Virus record (IMG/VR): IMGVR_UViG_3300042893_001481
Direction: 5' to 3' (one strand)
Origin: a virus
Length of the DNA: 64,000 nucleotides
Below the pieces are notes generated by a model. It was not told where the DNA came from. It did no database searches and was given only the letters and a program-made list of their open reading frames with translations. Of this stretch, positions 21,591 to 30,925 are shown in pieces. Each line of letters begins with the position of its first letter. Position 1 is the first letter of the stretch. The position numbers were made by a program, and so were the translations under genes.

Positions 21591-21658
21591 ATCTATTTAT
21601 TTAGTTATTTATTTATAAGTATTTTACTTTATTATAAATTATACTTATTTTATAACAA

Positions 21659-22414
21659 ATGTCAATAGAAAATACAACAACAAAGAAACTTTTAATTACA
21701 AGTGGATGTAGTTTTACAGATCCTTCATTTGCGTGGCCGTACCAATTGGGTAAAAGATACGATTTTAATGTAGAAAACGTCGCATTACCGTCCCAAGGGA
21801 ATGGATTAATCTCAAGAAAATTAATAAGTATATTGGAAAAGTATCCAGTAAATTATCCAGTAAATTATCACTCAGATGACATAATTGTGGGAGTAATGTG
21901 GTCAGGAATGAATAGATATGAGAGAATCATTGAATCGGGTGATGAATATGTAGGTCCACCTTATTTAGAACAAAACCCAACTTGGGGAGTTTACGATGAC
22001 AAAGGAAAAGGAAGGTGGCGAATTATGAGTCACGAATGGATTAAATCGGAAGATTGTTTTATACACTATAAAATATTCAATAATGAGATTTCATCAATGG
22101 TACAAACGTTAGAACACATACTTAGAACACAATGGTATTTAGATATTTGTAATATAAAATACTTTATGTCTTCATTTATGAATATTTTTTCTGATGAAAA
22201 AATTATGAATCAACCAGATGTAAAATATCTATATGAAATGGTTGATTTTTCTAAATTTTTACCGATAGAAGGTTTTTACGAATGGAATCGAGAACATTAT
22301 CCTGTGGATGGTTTTAATGATTTAAAATTAGACTGGCATCCTAATGAGTTTGGTAATGTAAAACTCACTGAAGAAATAATAATTCCCCATTTAATAAAAA
22401 ATAACATAATTTAA
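21659..22414 (+). CDS. SGNH-like protein
   Basis: TSGCSFT, SQGN..I, VMWSG, DWHPN.FG. Confidence 0.7.
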   Translation: MSIENTTTKKLLITSGCSFTDPSFAWPYQLGKRYDFNVENVALPSQGNGLISRKLISILEKYPVNYPVNYHSDDIIVGVMWSGMNRYERIIESGDEYVGPPYLEQNPTWGVYDDKGKGRWRIMSHEWIKSEDCFIHYKIFNNEISSMVQTLEHILRTQWYLDICNIKYFMSSFMNIFSDEKIMNQPDVKYLYEMVDFSKFLPIEGFYEWNREHYPVDGFNDLKLDWHPNEFGNVKLTEEIIIPHLIKNNII

Positions 22415-22416
22415 TA

Positions 22417-23217
22417 ATGAGTGAAAATAAGATTTTTATTGCGGCGGGGGGTGAGTTTGTTAATGACAAAAATAGTTGGCAACATATCTGTAAAGAAAAG
22501 TTAAATTATGAACTTCACGATTTAACAGAAGTAAAAATAAGTAACGCCATAATATCAAGAAAAATAATATATAAAGTCAATGAATTAATTAAAACACATA
22601 AAACAGAAGATATTATTGTTGGAATTGTGTGGACAATACCTATGATACATGAAAGGTATATATCCAATGGTAAAAATGATGATTATATGGGTAAATCTGA
22701 AACGGGGTTTACAAGTGTGGTGGACAATGTAAAAAATTGGAGAATTTTAAATCATGATAGTATTTCATCTTCTGAAGATTGTGAATTATATTTTAAAATT
22801 ATATACAATAAACTGCAATCATATGTTTTAAGTTTGGAACACATATTAAGAACACAATGGTTTTTAAATAAGTTAGGAATTAAGTATTTTATGACATCAT
22901 ATGTAGATATTTTTCATTATGAAAAGAACTTTTTAAAAATGTATGATTTTTCAAAATTAACGGATTATAAAAGAGAATGTTATAGATTAAACATATTAGG
23001 TTATAATGAAGTCACTTACCTACATGGAATGATAGATACAAGACAATTTTTACCCATATATAGTATGTTAGATTGGTTACAGGAAAATTGTGCAGATAAT
23101 GGATTTAAGGATTCTGAAAAATTAATTCCAAATGGTTTTGGACACGAGAAATTTGCAACTGAAGTCATAATTCCATACCTAAAAGAAAAAAACATAATTC
23201 ATAATGAAATTATCTAA
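22417..23217 (+). CDS. Degenerate SGNH-like protein, paralog of 21659-22414
   Basis: Shares LEHILRTQW, but GGEF replaces GCSF and LIPNGFG replaces WHPNEFG. Confidence 0.6.
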   Translation: MSENKIFIAAGGEFVNDKNSWQHICKEKLNYELHDLTEVKISNAIISRKIIYKVNELIKTHKTEDIIVGIVWTIPMIHERYISNGKNDDYMGKSETGFTSVVDNVKNWRILNHDSISSSEDCELYFKIIYNKLQSYVLSLEHILRTQWFLNKLGIKYFMTSYVDIFHYEKNFLKMYDFSKLTDYKRECYRLNILGYNEVTYLHGMIDTRQFLPIYSMLDWLQENCADNGFKDSEKLIPNGFGHEKFATEVIIPYLKEKNIIHNEII

Positions 23218-23238
23218 AATTTTTATTATATTATACCT

Positions 23239-23379
23239 ATGAAACTAATTTGTTTTGGAGATAGTTGGACTGCAGGACACGGAGGGGAATATAATGAAGG
23301 TGGATTTCATCCTAATTTATTAGGATATAAAATAATTTCCGATTTTATTTACAATAAAATTGGATTTCAAACTAATTAA
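23239..23379 (+). pseudogene. 46-aa internally deleted SGNH remnant
   Basis: Manual translation MKLICFGDSWTAGHGGEYNEGGFHPNLLGYKIISDFIYNKIGFQTN: block I fused directly to the HP..GY block. Confidence 0.7.
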
Positions 23380-23395
23380 AATAAAAGAATTTTAA

Positions 23396-25063
23396 ATGTA
23401 CATAATTGGAATTTCAGCATTTTATCACGATTCGTCTGTTTCTTTGTTTAGAGACAATCAATTGATATTTGCTTGTGAGGAGGAGAAATTTACAGGGATT
23501 AAACACGATAGTTCATTTCCCGTAATGGCTTTAGATTATATCTATAAAAACTACAAAATTACAGACAAAAATCTACAAGCTGTGTGTTACTATGAAGACC
23601 CTAAATTAAAACACGAAAGGGTAATTCAGAACATTAAACCCCAATGGTTTAAAAACCCACTATATTCTTTAAGGTCTTATTTAAAAATAAAGAATAACGC
23701 AAAGGAGATTGATAAAAGATTAAAAGAATTATCACCAAATGTGTTTTATTCAACACATCACGAAGCTCATCTTTATTATTCATATTACACTTCTCATTAT
23801 GAGAAAGCTATGTGTTTATCTGTTGACGGTGTGGGTGAACACGATACACTTTCATTAGGAATATGTGATTATGGTGGAATTGAATATGGTAGTATGGCTA
23901 AATATCCTCACTCATTGGGTTTATATTACACCGCAATGACTACATTCCTTGGATTCAGACCAAATGAAGGTGAATACAAATTGATGGGTTTAGCATCTTA
24001 CGGAGACCCAAACATTTACTTAGATAAGGTGAGAAAATTAATTTCATACAAAAATTCAAGTTTACAATGTAATATGGATGTATTTGTTTGGAATAAGTCA
24101 GATAAAATAATGTTCAATGAAAAATTACCAGAACTACTTGGGATTGAACAAAGATTACCTGAAGAGAAAATTGAAACGATACATGAAAATTTAGCCGCTT
24201 CAATACAAAAAGTATATGAAGAGGTTTTATTTGAAATATTAAAAACTGTATCAATTATTAGTAACAGTAGTAATTTATGTTTGGGTGGGGGTTGTGCATA
24301 CAATGGAACCGCTAACGGAAAGATTTTAGAAAATTCTACTTTTAAAAGTTTATGGATTCCACCAGCACCATCGGATGCGGGGTCTGCAATCGGTGCCGTG
24401 GTTCACTACCTTGTTAAAGAAAAAAAGATTAGAAGTAAAATAACAAGAAACCCATTTTTAGGACCTGAATATCTTTATAACGATATTAAAAAGTCAATAC
24501 ACGGATTAAATTATAAAAATTTTGTTAGTGAGAAAGGTTTAGTGGAATATGTTGCAAAAAAATTAAATGAAGGTAAAGTTGTTGGTTGGTTTCATGGTCA
24601 TATCGAATTTGGGTCTAGAGCTTTAGGTAACAGATCAATATTAGCGAACCCAACCTTAGACGACATGAAGGACAGGATTAATAGAGTTATTAAGAAAAGA
24701 GAAGGGTTTAGACCATTCGCACCAATGGTTATTAAAGACGAACAAGAGGTCTATTTTGAGATGAATGGTGACATACCATACATGAACCAAGTGGTACAGG
24801 TTAAACCCGAATATAGGTCTAAATTAAAGGCGGTAACTCATGTTGACGGAACCGCAAGAGTACAAACGGTATTCAAACATTCTATGATGTATAAGTTATT
24901 GGAAGAGTTCAAAAAACATAGCGGATTTCCAATACTTTTGAACACATCGTTCAATGTTAAAGATAAGACCATGGTTCTAACCCCAAAAGACGCAATCGAT
25001 ACATTTTTCGATACGGAAATGGATTTATTGGTTATGGGAAATTACGTAATATATAAAAAATAA
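23396..25063 (+). CDS. Carbamoyltransferase (NodU/CmcH family)
   Basis: HDSS, EEKF...KH, DGVGE, EYKLMGLA.YG, GGCAYN, EFGSRALGNRS, KKREGFRPFAP, LNTSFN. Confidence 0.95.
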   Translation: MYIIGISAFYHDSSVSLFRDNQLIFACEEEKFTGIKHDSSFPVMALDYIYKNYKITDKNLQAVCYYEDPKLKHERVIQNIKPQWFKNPLYSLRSYLKIKNNAKEIDKRLKELSPNVFYSTHHEAHLYYSYYTSHYEKAMCLSVDGVGEHDTLSLGICDYGGIEYGSMAKYPHSLGLYYTAMTTFLGFRPNEGEYKLMGLASYGDPNIYLDKVRKLISYKNSSLQCNMDVFVWNKSDKIMFNEKLPELLGIEQRLPEEKIETIHENLAASIQKVYEEVLFEILKTVSIISNSSNLCLGGGCAYNGTANGKILENSTFKSLWIPPAPSDAGSAIGAVVHYLVKEKKIRSKITRNPFLGPEYLYNDIKKSIHGLNYKNFVSEKGLVEYVAKKLNEGKVVGWFHGHIEFGSRALGNRSILANPTLDDMKDRINRVIKKREGFRPFAPMVIKDEQEVYFEMNGDIPYMNQVVQVKPEYRSKLKAVTHVDGTARVQTVFKHSMMYKLLEEFKKHSGFPILLNTSFNVKDKTMVLTPKDAIDTFFDTEMDLLVMGNYVIYKK

Positions 25064-25068
25064 AACAT

Positions 25069-25185
25069 ATGATGAAGTTAATTAATTGGATTAAGAAGTA
25101 TTTTGCCGACCGAAAAAGAAAAAAAGAATTTAAGAAGAAATTAGAGGAACTACGTAAAAGAGACCCATTTACCTACAACCACTAA
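25069..25185 (+). CDS. 38-aa basic protein downstream of the carbamoyltransferase
   Basis: Manual translation MMKLINWIKKYFADRKRKKEFKKKLEELRKRDPFTYNH fills the intergenic gap. Confidence 0.65.
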   Translation: MMKLINWIKKYFADRKRKKEFKKKLEELRKRDPFTYNH

Positions 25186-25210
25186 GATGATAAAAATCAT
25201 CTATTAATTA

Positions 25211-25242
25211 TTTGATTTTTTAGATTTTTTTACCTATATTAT
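25211..25242 (+). promoter_or_regulatory. Bacteroidota-type sigma70-like promoter
   Basis: TTTG (25211)-N20-TATATTAT (25235) just upstream of cysC; same spacing at other sites. Confidence 0.5.
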
Positions 25243-25248
25243 AGTATT

Positions 25249-25683
25249 ATGATATATTGGTTTACAGGTCAACCCGGTGCAGGAAAAACTACATTGGCTA
25301 AACATTTAGTCACGTATTTTGAAAATAAAAATGTGATTCACATTGATGGAGATGATTTGCGTGACATCTTTCAAAATAAAGATTACTCAGAATTCGGTAG
25401 AAGAAAAAATATCGAAAGAGCCCAAGATATTGCTCGATTCATGAGTCAAAAAGGATTCAACGTTATTGTTTCGTTGGTGTCACCATACCGCGACCAACGA
25501 GAAGAATTCAAAGAAAATAATCAAGTTAAAGAAATATATGTTCACACGACAGACGAAAGAGGTCGTGAAAATTTTCATGTGACCGATTATGAAACCCCTA
25601 ATAATAATTTCATAGATATTGATACCACCAATAAAAAAGAGGTGGATTCATTCATCGAACTAACAGTTAAATTAGATATATGA
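25249..25683 (+). CDS. cysC: Adenylyl-sulfate kinase
   Basis: WFTGQPGAGKTT, IDGDDLR, R.KNIER, VSLVSPY. Confidence 0.9.
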   Translation: MIYWFTGQPGAGKTTLAKHLVTYFENKNVIHIDGDDLRDIFQNKDYSEFGRRKNIERAQDIARFMSQKGFNVIVSLVSPYRDQREEFKENNQVKEIYVHTTDERGRENFHVTDYETPNNNFIDIDTTNKKEVDSFIELTVKLDI

Positions 25684-26060
25684 GTAAAAAATACGCAATG
25701 TACATCGGAAGATGGCAAAATTGGCACAAAGGACATGAGTGGTTAATCAACCAACAATTAAATCAAGGTAAAAATGTTTGGGTTGCAATTAGAAATGTTG
25801 ACCAAGACGAGAATAATCCTAAAACGGCACAAGAAATTTTAAAGGAATTATCAAATGAACCTTTCTTTACAAATAATTTTGATAAAATTTTATTATCAAT
25901 TATACCCGACATTGAATCGGTAAATTATGGTAGAGGAGTTGGTTATGATGTAATTTACCATGAACCACCTGCAGATGTTGCAGTTATAAGTGGAACGGCC
26001 ATTAGGACTGGTCACATGACACCTGATGGTGAAATTAAATATGACCAAACTAAAGGATAA
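25680..26060 (+). CDS. HxGH nucleotidyltransferase (cytidylyltransferase-like)
   Basis: GRWQNWHKGH, YGRGVGY, ISGTAIR. Confidence 0.75.
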   Translation: MSKKYAMYIGRWQNWHKGHEWLINQQLNQGKNVWVAIRNVDQDENNPKTAQEILKELSNEPFFTNNFDKILLSIIPDIESVNYGRGVGYDVIYHEPPADVAVISGTAIRTGHMTPDGEIKYDQTKG

Positions 26061-26269
26061 TGATAGTAGAACGTAAGAGACACATAGCAAAAACCATCTC
26101 ATATCGTATTGTAAGTACGTTAATTGGTTTCCTATTAATGTGGTTGATAAGTGGATCAATTAAAGTCGGTGCTGCGTTTGGTGTTGCGGAATTGATTTAT
26201 AAACCGATACAATACTATTTTCATGAGAGAATTTGGTATAAATGGATCAAGTACGGACTTAAAAAATAA
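26060..26269 (+). CDS. DUF2061-like small membrane protein
   Basis: RHIAKTISYRI...YYFHERIW. Confidence 0.75.
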   Translation: MIVERKRHIAKTISYRIVSTLIGFLLMWLISGSIKVGAAFGVAELIYKPIQYYFHERIWYKWIKYGLKK

Positions 26270-26274
26270 AATAT

Positions 26275-26838
26275 ATGATTGGTAATATAGATATATTTGA
26301 AAACTTCCTGTCACCTGAAGAGTGTGATTCCATTTTAAATAAATGCAAACAAGAATTAATATTATCAGGTGCGGAGGTATATACTGGTGATTCTAATACC
26401 ATACCTACTAAAAAAAATAGAAAATCATCAGTTGGTTGGATATCCGATTTAGGATTTTTAAATGAGAGATTAACAAATAAATTACGAGAAACTTTCAATA
26501 TAAATGGTATGGAAGTTACGGGATTGGGAGATTACCAATTTACCGAATATAAAGAAGGTGAATATTTTGACTGGCACACCGATAGTACTGATGTTATATA
26601 TAGAGATAGATTTACATCAATAGTAATTCAGTTAAATGACACATACAAAGGTGGTGTATTAGAAATTAAAAATATTAAAGGTGAAATAGTACCAGTAGAA
26701 AATAAAATTGGAACGTTGTATATTTTTAATTCAAGGTTACTTCATAGAGTAGTTCCAGTAATTGAGGGTGTACGTTATTCGTTAGTTAATTGGATATCAT
26801 TGGTTAAAACCGATTTTAAAAAACAAAATTTAATATGA
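26275..26838 (+). CDS. 2OG-Fe(II) oxygenase (prolyl 4-hydroxylase-like)
   Basis: WHTD, GGVL, LHRVVPV..G.RYSLV.W. Confidence 0.9.
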   Translation: MIGNIDIFENFLSPEECDSILNKCKQELILSGAEVYTGDSNTIPTKKNRKSSVGWISDLGFLNERLTNKLRETFNINGMEVTGLGDYQFTEYKEGEYFDWHTDSTDVIYRDRFTSIVIQLNDTYKGGVLEIKNIKGEIVPVENKIGTLYIFNSRLLHRVVPVIEGVRYSLVNWISLVKTDFKKQNLI

Positions 26839-27452
26839 TAAACGGGTACCACATATTTGATGATATAATTCCAGAATTAAATCAAAATAAATTAGAAGAG
26901 TATGTAAAACTTTCAAATTTAAAGTGGAATTATCAACACAATATTACCGGTCAATATGGAGGAACGGAATCATTAAAATTACCTGCAAATGTTTTAAAAG
27001 GTATTGACATTAATGATAATGATATTGTTAATATTATAAATTCAATAAAATTAAACTTATTGAATAAACTTAATGTTGAATTTCTGAGGGATTATAGATG
27101 TAAGATAAATTGGACTGTACCGATAATTGAAAATTATGATTTTAAAAATTTAATACATGTTGACATGGATGTTAATCATATTGCGATTGTTTACTACATA
27201 AATAATTCCGATGGAAATACTATTTTTTTAAACAATAAAAATGGTATTTCATCAGAATCTCGACAAAGTAATTTTATGAATATTAATATGGATGAATTTG
27301 AGATAGTAAATAGTGTACCCCCCAAAAAAGGAAGAGCAGTCATATTCAATGGTAACATTTATCACTATGGTGAATACCCAACTACAACCGATAGATTCGT
27401 AATTAATTTTGATTTAGTTGGTAAAGATAAGAATAAAAATAATTTATTATAA
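26835..27452 (+). CDS. 2OG-Fe(II) oxygenase-like protein
   Basis: HVD, YYIN.SDG.T, PKKGRAVIFNG..YH, R.VINF. Confidence 0.8.
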   Translation: MINGYHIFDDIIPELNQNKLEEYVKLSNLKWNYQHNITGQYGGTESLKLPANVLKGIDINDNDIVNIINSIKLNLLNKLNVEFLRDYRCKINWTVPIIENYDFKNLIHVDMDVNHIAIVYYINNSDGNTIFLNNKNGISSESRQSNFMNINMDEFEIVNSVPPKKGRAVIFNGNIYHYGEYPTTTDRFVINFDLVGKDKNKNNLL

Positions 27453-27916
27453 TGGAAAAACGAGTTACACTTTTTAAAAATTTTTTATCCGTTGAGGAAT
27501 GTGATACTCTTTTAAACACATATAAAAACGAAACATTTGTGGATAGTGAATTTCTAAATAAAAAATTAAAAAATTATTTAGAAAAAATAAAATTTAATGG
27601 AAGTAGTGTAAGTGTAAATGAAATAAAAATTTACAATATATCTACCGAAAATACAAATGCATCATTTTTAGAAGAACCCAAATATGATATTACATTACTA
27701 ATATCATTAAATTCCGATTTTGAAGGTGGAAGATTTATTTTCTTAAACAAAGATATTGATAAAAATATGCATATGGACAATTCACCAGGAGACATGATAG
27801 TTTTCTTTTCAAACATTAATTATGGAAGTGGTAAAATAATCAATGGTACAAAATATTATTTAAAAATTGGCACTAACAATGTTTTAGATTCACAAATAAC
27901 CAAATCACTTATTTAA
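27452..27916 (+). CDS. Degenerate 2OG-Fe(II) oxygenase-fold protein
   Basis: NFLS.EEC, LNSDFEGGRF, GD...F, G.KY are retained, but HxD and the distal His are absent. Confidence 0.6.
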   Translation: MEKRVTLFKNFLSVEECDTLLNTYKNETFVDSEFLNKKLKNYLEKIKFNGSSVSVNEIKIYNISTENTNASFLEEPKYDITLLISLNSDFEGGRFIFLNKDIDKNMHMDNSPGDMIVFFSNINYGSGKIINGTKYYLKIGTNNVLDSQITKSLI

Positions 27917-27921
27917 TTTTT

Positions 27922-28566
27922 ATGGAAAAAGTAATGTACGATACGAAAACATATCTTTACAGAGATATATTAAATCTTTCAGATTTTAAAGATGAGATTT
28001 TAAAAAAGTGTAATGAAATTATAGAAAGTCTACCAAATGTTACTCAAGATGGTTATGGGTATTTTGAAGAAAGTAAAGATTTAAATTTCATAGGTGAAAT
28101 TGAAATTAAAAATAAATTAGATGAAATTTTAAAGTTTGGAATTCAATCATGTATTGATGTGTACCAACTTGAGTATAATTTACCATTTAATAAAATTAGT
28201 ACAGATTGTTGGGTAAATGTGGTTAGAGCTAAAAATCCTGTACAATTTGATGACATTGAAAGTGAATTACATCAATATCATATACACACTGAGATAAATG
28301 AAAAAAATAAAAAATTCATACCACATTTTACGTGGGTGTATTATATTCAAATGCCCGATAATTTAAAAGATGATGATGGTACTTTATATATTAAAGGTGA
28401 AAATGATATTGAATATTTTATTTTACCAAAAGAAGGTGATTTTATAATAATGAAATCAGATTTACCTCACTCACCACAACATGCGTTAGACTCAACAAAA
28501 GATAGAATGGTATTGGCTGGAAATGTTGGATTTGAATTTATTAAAAAACAAAAATCATTGATATAA
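27922..28566 (+). CDS. Putative 2OG-Fe(II) oxygenase
   Basis: WVN, HIH, WVYY, PKEGD, PH, R.VLAGN. Confidence 0.7.
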   Translation: MEKVMYDTKTYLYRDILNLSDFKDEILKKCNEIIESLPNVTQDGYGYFEESKDLNFIGEIEIKNKLDEILKFGIQSCIDVYQLEYNLPFNKISTDCWVNVVRAKNPVQFDDIESELHQYHIHTEINEKNKKFIPHFTWVYYIQMPDNLKDDDGTLYIKGENDIEYFILPKEGDFIIMKSDLPHSPQHALDSTKDRMVLAGNVGFEFIKKQKSLI

Positions 28567-28567
28567 T

Positions 28568-29797
28568 ATGGAATATAGTTTAGATAAAATTGTTATAGTT
28601 GGGGGAGGTACGGCGGGATGGTTATCCGCATTGTACTTAAATAGTAAATTTAAAAATTCAAAAATAACATTAATTGAGAGTGATGAAATTGGAATATTAG
28701 GGGCAGGAGAAGGAACAACTGGCAATATAGTAAAATTTTTAAATAATTTAGGAATTTCGCCTGATGATATGATTAATAACTGTGAGGCAACATTTAAAAC
28801 AGGTATCGATTTTGAAAATTGGACAAAGCCCGGTTCGATATTTACTCACCCAATAGATTATAAACCAAAGGGTGATGGATATGCATATCATTTTAATGCT
28901 AGGTTATTAGTAAAATATCTTAAATCATTAGCAATAGAACGAGGTGTTAATTGGATTGAAGGAATTGTAACTGAACCAATTTTAAATGATACGAATCAAA
29001 TTATTGGACTTAAAACAATTGATACAATGATTGATGCTAGCTTTGTTATTGATTGTAGTGGATTTAAACGATTATTGATTGGTAATCATTATAAATCAAA
29101 TTGGATTTCATATGAAGAACATCTAAAAGTAAATACAGCAATTCCATTTTTTTTACCAACCAATAGTATAAACATCCGTACAACAACCAAATCTATTGCA
29201 ATGAAATATGGATGGATGTGGCAAATCCCATTACAAAGTAGAAGGGGATGTGGGTATATATTCGATTCAACTGAAATTAGTGAGGATGAAGCTAAAAAAG
29301 AAATAATTGAATTCTTAGGTGCCGATGTTGATATTCAGTTTAATAAACCAATTAAATTTAAACCGGGTTCATATGAAAATGTATGGATTGAAAATTGTTT
29401 AGCAATCGGTTTAAGTGGAGGGTTTTTAGAACCATTAGAGGCAACATCAATAATGACTACAATTTTACAATTAGAGGCATTTTATGATACTACTTTAAAA
29501 AAAATGACATTGAAAAAATATAATAAATTTGTAAATACAATCAATACTCAAAATATGATTTTTATTTATTATCATTATTTAACAAATAGAACCGATAGTA
29601 CTTTTTGGAAAAAAGTTTCAGCTGCCGCAGCTGACTTACCATATCCGTTGGATTTATTAATAGATTCATCATATAATTTTAAACCAAAAAAACAATTGGT
29701 CGAATTATTTGAAAAGGACTCAACTATTATATTTGGTTCGTTTTCATATAATAAAATAAATAAAGGTATTAAACAAACCCAACCCCCATTGATATAA
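28568..29797 (+). CDS. Flavin-dependent tryptophan halogenase family protein
   Basis: GGGTAGW, GAGEGT, TFKTGI.F.NW (catalytic Lys region), IDCSGF, GWMWQIP (WxWxIP), GFLEPLEATS. Confidence 0.9.
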   Translation: MEYSLDKIVIVGGGTAGWLSALYLNSKFKNSKITLIESDEIGILGAGEGTTGNIVKFLNNLGISPDDMINNCEATFKTGIDFENWTKPGSIFTHPIDYKPKGDGYAYHFNARLLVKYLKSLAIERGVNWIEGIVTEPILNDTNQIIGLKTIDTMIDASFVIDCSGFKRLLIGNHYKSNWISYEEHLKVNTAIPFFLPTNSINIRTTTKSIAMKYGWMWQIPLQSRRGCGYIFDSTEISEDEAKKEIIEFLGADVDIQFNKPIKFKPGSYENVWIENCLAIGLSGGFLEPLEATSIMTTILQLEAFYDTTLKKMTLKKYNKFVNTINTQNMIFIYYHYLTNRTDSTFWKKVSAAAADLPYPLDLLIDSSYNFKPKKQLVELFEKDSTIIFGSFSYNKINKGIKQTQPPLI

Positions 29798-30526
29798 ATG
29801 TTAATAGAAAACAAATTTTTATTTATTAGTTTACCAAGATGTGCCTCCACATCCTTTTATATTTCCTGTTTAAGAAATGGTTTGGATGTAAAACATGTTG
29901 ACCAAAATTTTGTAAATGGATATAGTAATAGAATTGATTTAAGTTTAGATAATGAATCTCTTGCCGATAGATTGGTACATTTACATGAGACTATATACGA
30001 TTTAAAAAACCATTTTGGGAATGATTATGAGGTAATTACAATAAAAAGAAATAGACATGAAAGATTTATTTCGGTTTGGAAACATTTAATTGATATGATT
30101 TACATGGATTATGGTAAAAAATATGGTGACATATTAAAAGAGTTAAATGAAGAAGATATTTTTTTTTATAAAAATACCGATATTATCAATATTAATGACA
30201 TGTATAAAATGATTGATAAGTTTATAAAAAAAATTGGTTTGAATGAAATATATGATGAATATATACAAAATATGTTTAAAATAACATTTCACCCAACATC
30301 ACATTGGCATAATAATGACTCAAATATAAAATGGTTTGAGTTTGGAAAATTTGATGAATTAGAAGAATGGGTTTCAAATAAAATTGGTAAACCATTTAAA
30401 ATGGAAAAATCAAATGGAAGTCAACATTTCGAGTGCAATTTAAAAATGAATGATAAGTTTGTCACCCATTACAATTCTATTTATGATAGGTATGATATTT
30501 TTAAATCAAACAAAACATTGATATGA
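29798..30526 (+). CDS. Sulfotransferase-like protein
   Basis: FISLPRCASTS (5'-PSB-like), RNRHERFISVW (3'-PB-like). Confidence 0.7.
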   Translation: MLIENKFLFISLPRCASTSFYISCLRNGLDVKHVDQNFVNGYSNRIDLSLDNESLADRLVHLHETIYDLKNHFGNDYEVITIKRNRHERFISVWKHLIDMIYMDYGKKYGDILKELNEEDIFFYKNTDIININDMYKMIDKFIKKIGLNEIYDEYIQNMFKITFHPTSHWHNNDSNIKWFEFGKFDELEEWVSNKIGKPFKMEKSNGSQHFECNLKMNDKFVTHYNSIYDRYDIFKSNKTLI

Positions 30527-30828
30527 TAGATTTTAAAGATATTTATGAATCTTGGAAAAAATCAGGAAACCCCACCGATATTGAAAAGCAACATGCGTTC
30601 GAAAGGTTGTCAATATGTAAGGGTACCACCACCGCACCAAAATGTGAATATTATGTTGAAATTGTTAAGAATAAAAAGTGGTCATCTTTATGTGTAAGTT
30701 GTGGATGTCCCATACCTAAAAAAATATTTACAAATAAAACACCATCCTGTCCAAAAAATAAATGGGACATCATCGACCTTAATTACAACACTAATATTGT
30801 GATAAAAAACAAAAAAACCATTTTATAA
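30523..30828 (+). CDS. Small Cys-rich, probably metal-binding protein
   Basis: RLSIC...C...CVSCGCP...K...CPKNKW. Confidence 0.65.
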   Translation: MIDFKDIYESWKKSGNPTDIEKQHAFERLSICKGTTTAPKCEYYVEIVKNKKWSSLCVSCGCPIPKKIFTNKTPSCPKNKWDIIDLNYNTNIVIKNKKTIL

Positions 30829-30925
30829 CGTATATACATATATATTATAAATAAATTTTTGAAAATGAATATTTATTATTCCCTTTTAAGATATTTATAA
30901 GTATATTTAAAATAAATAAAGATTT

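Noticed and set aside
21842-21869. 12-bp tandem duplication encoding YPVNYPVNY
   Set aside because: Single in-frame microduplication in a probable loop; no wider pattern.
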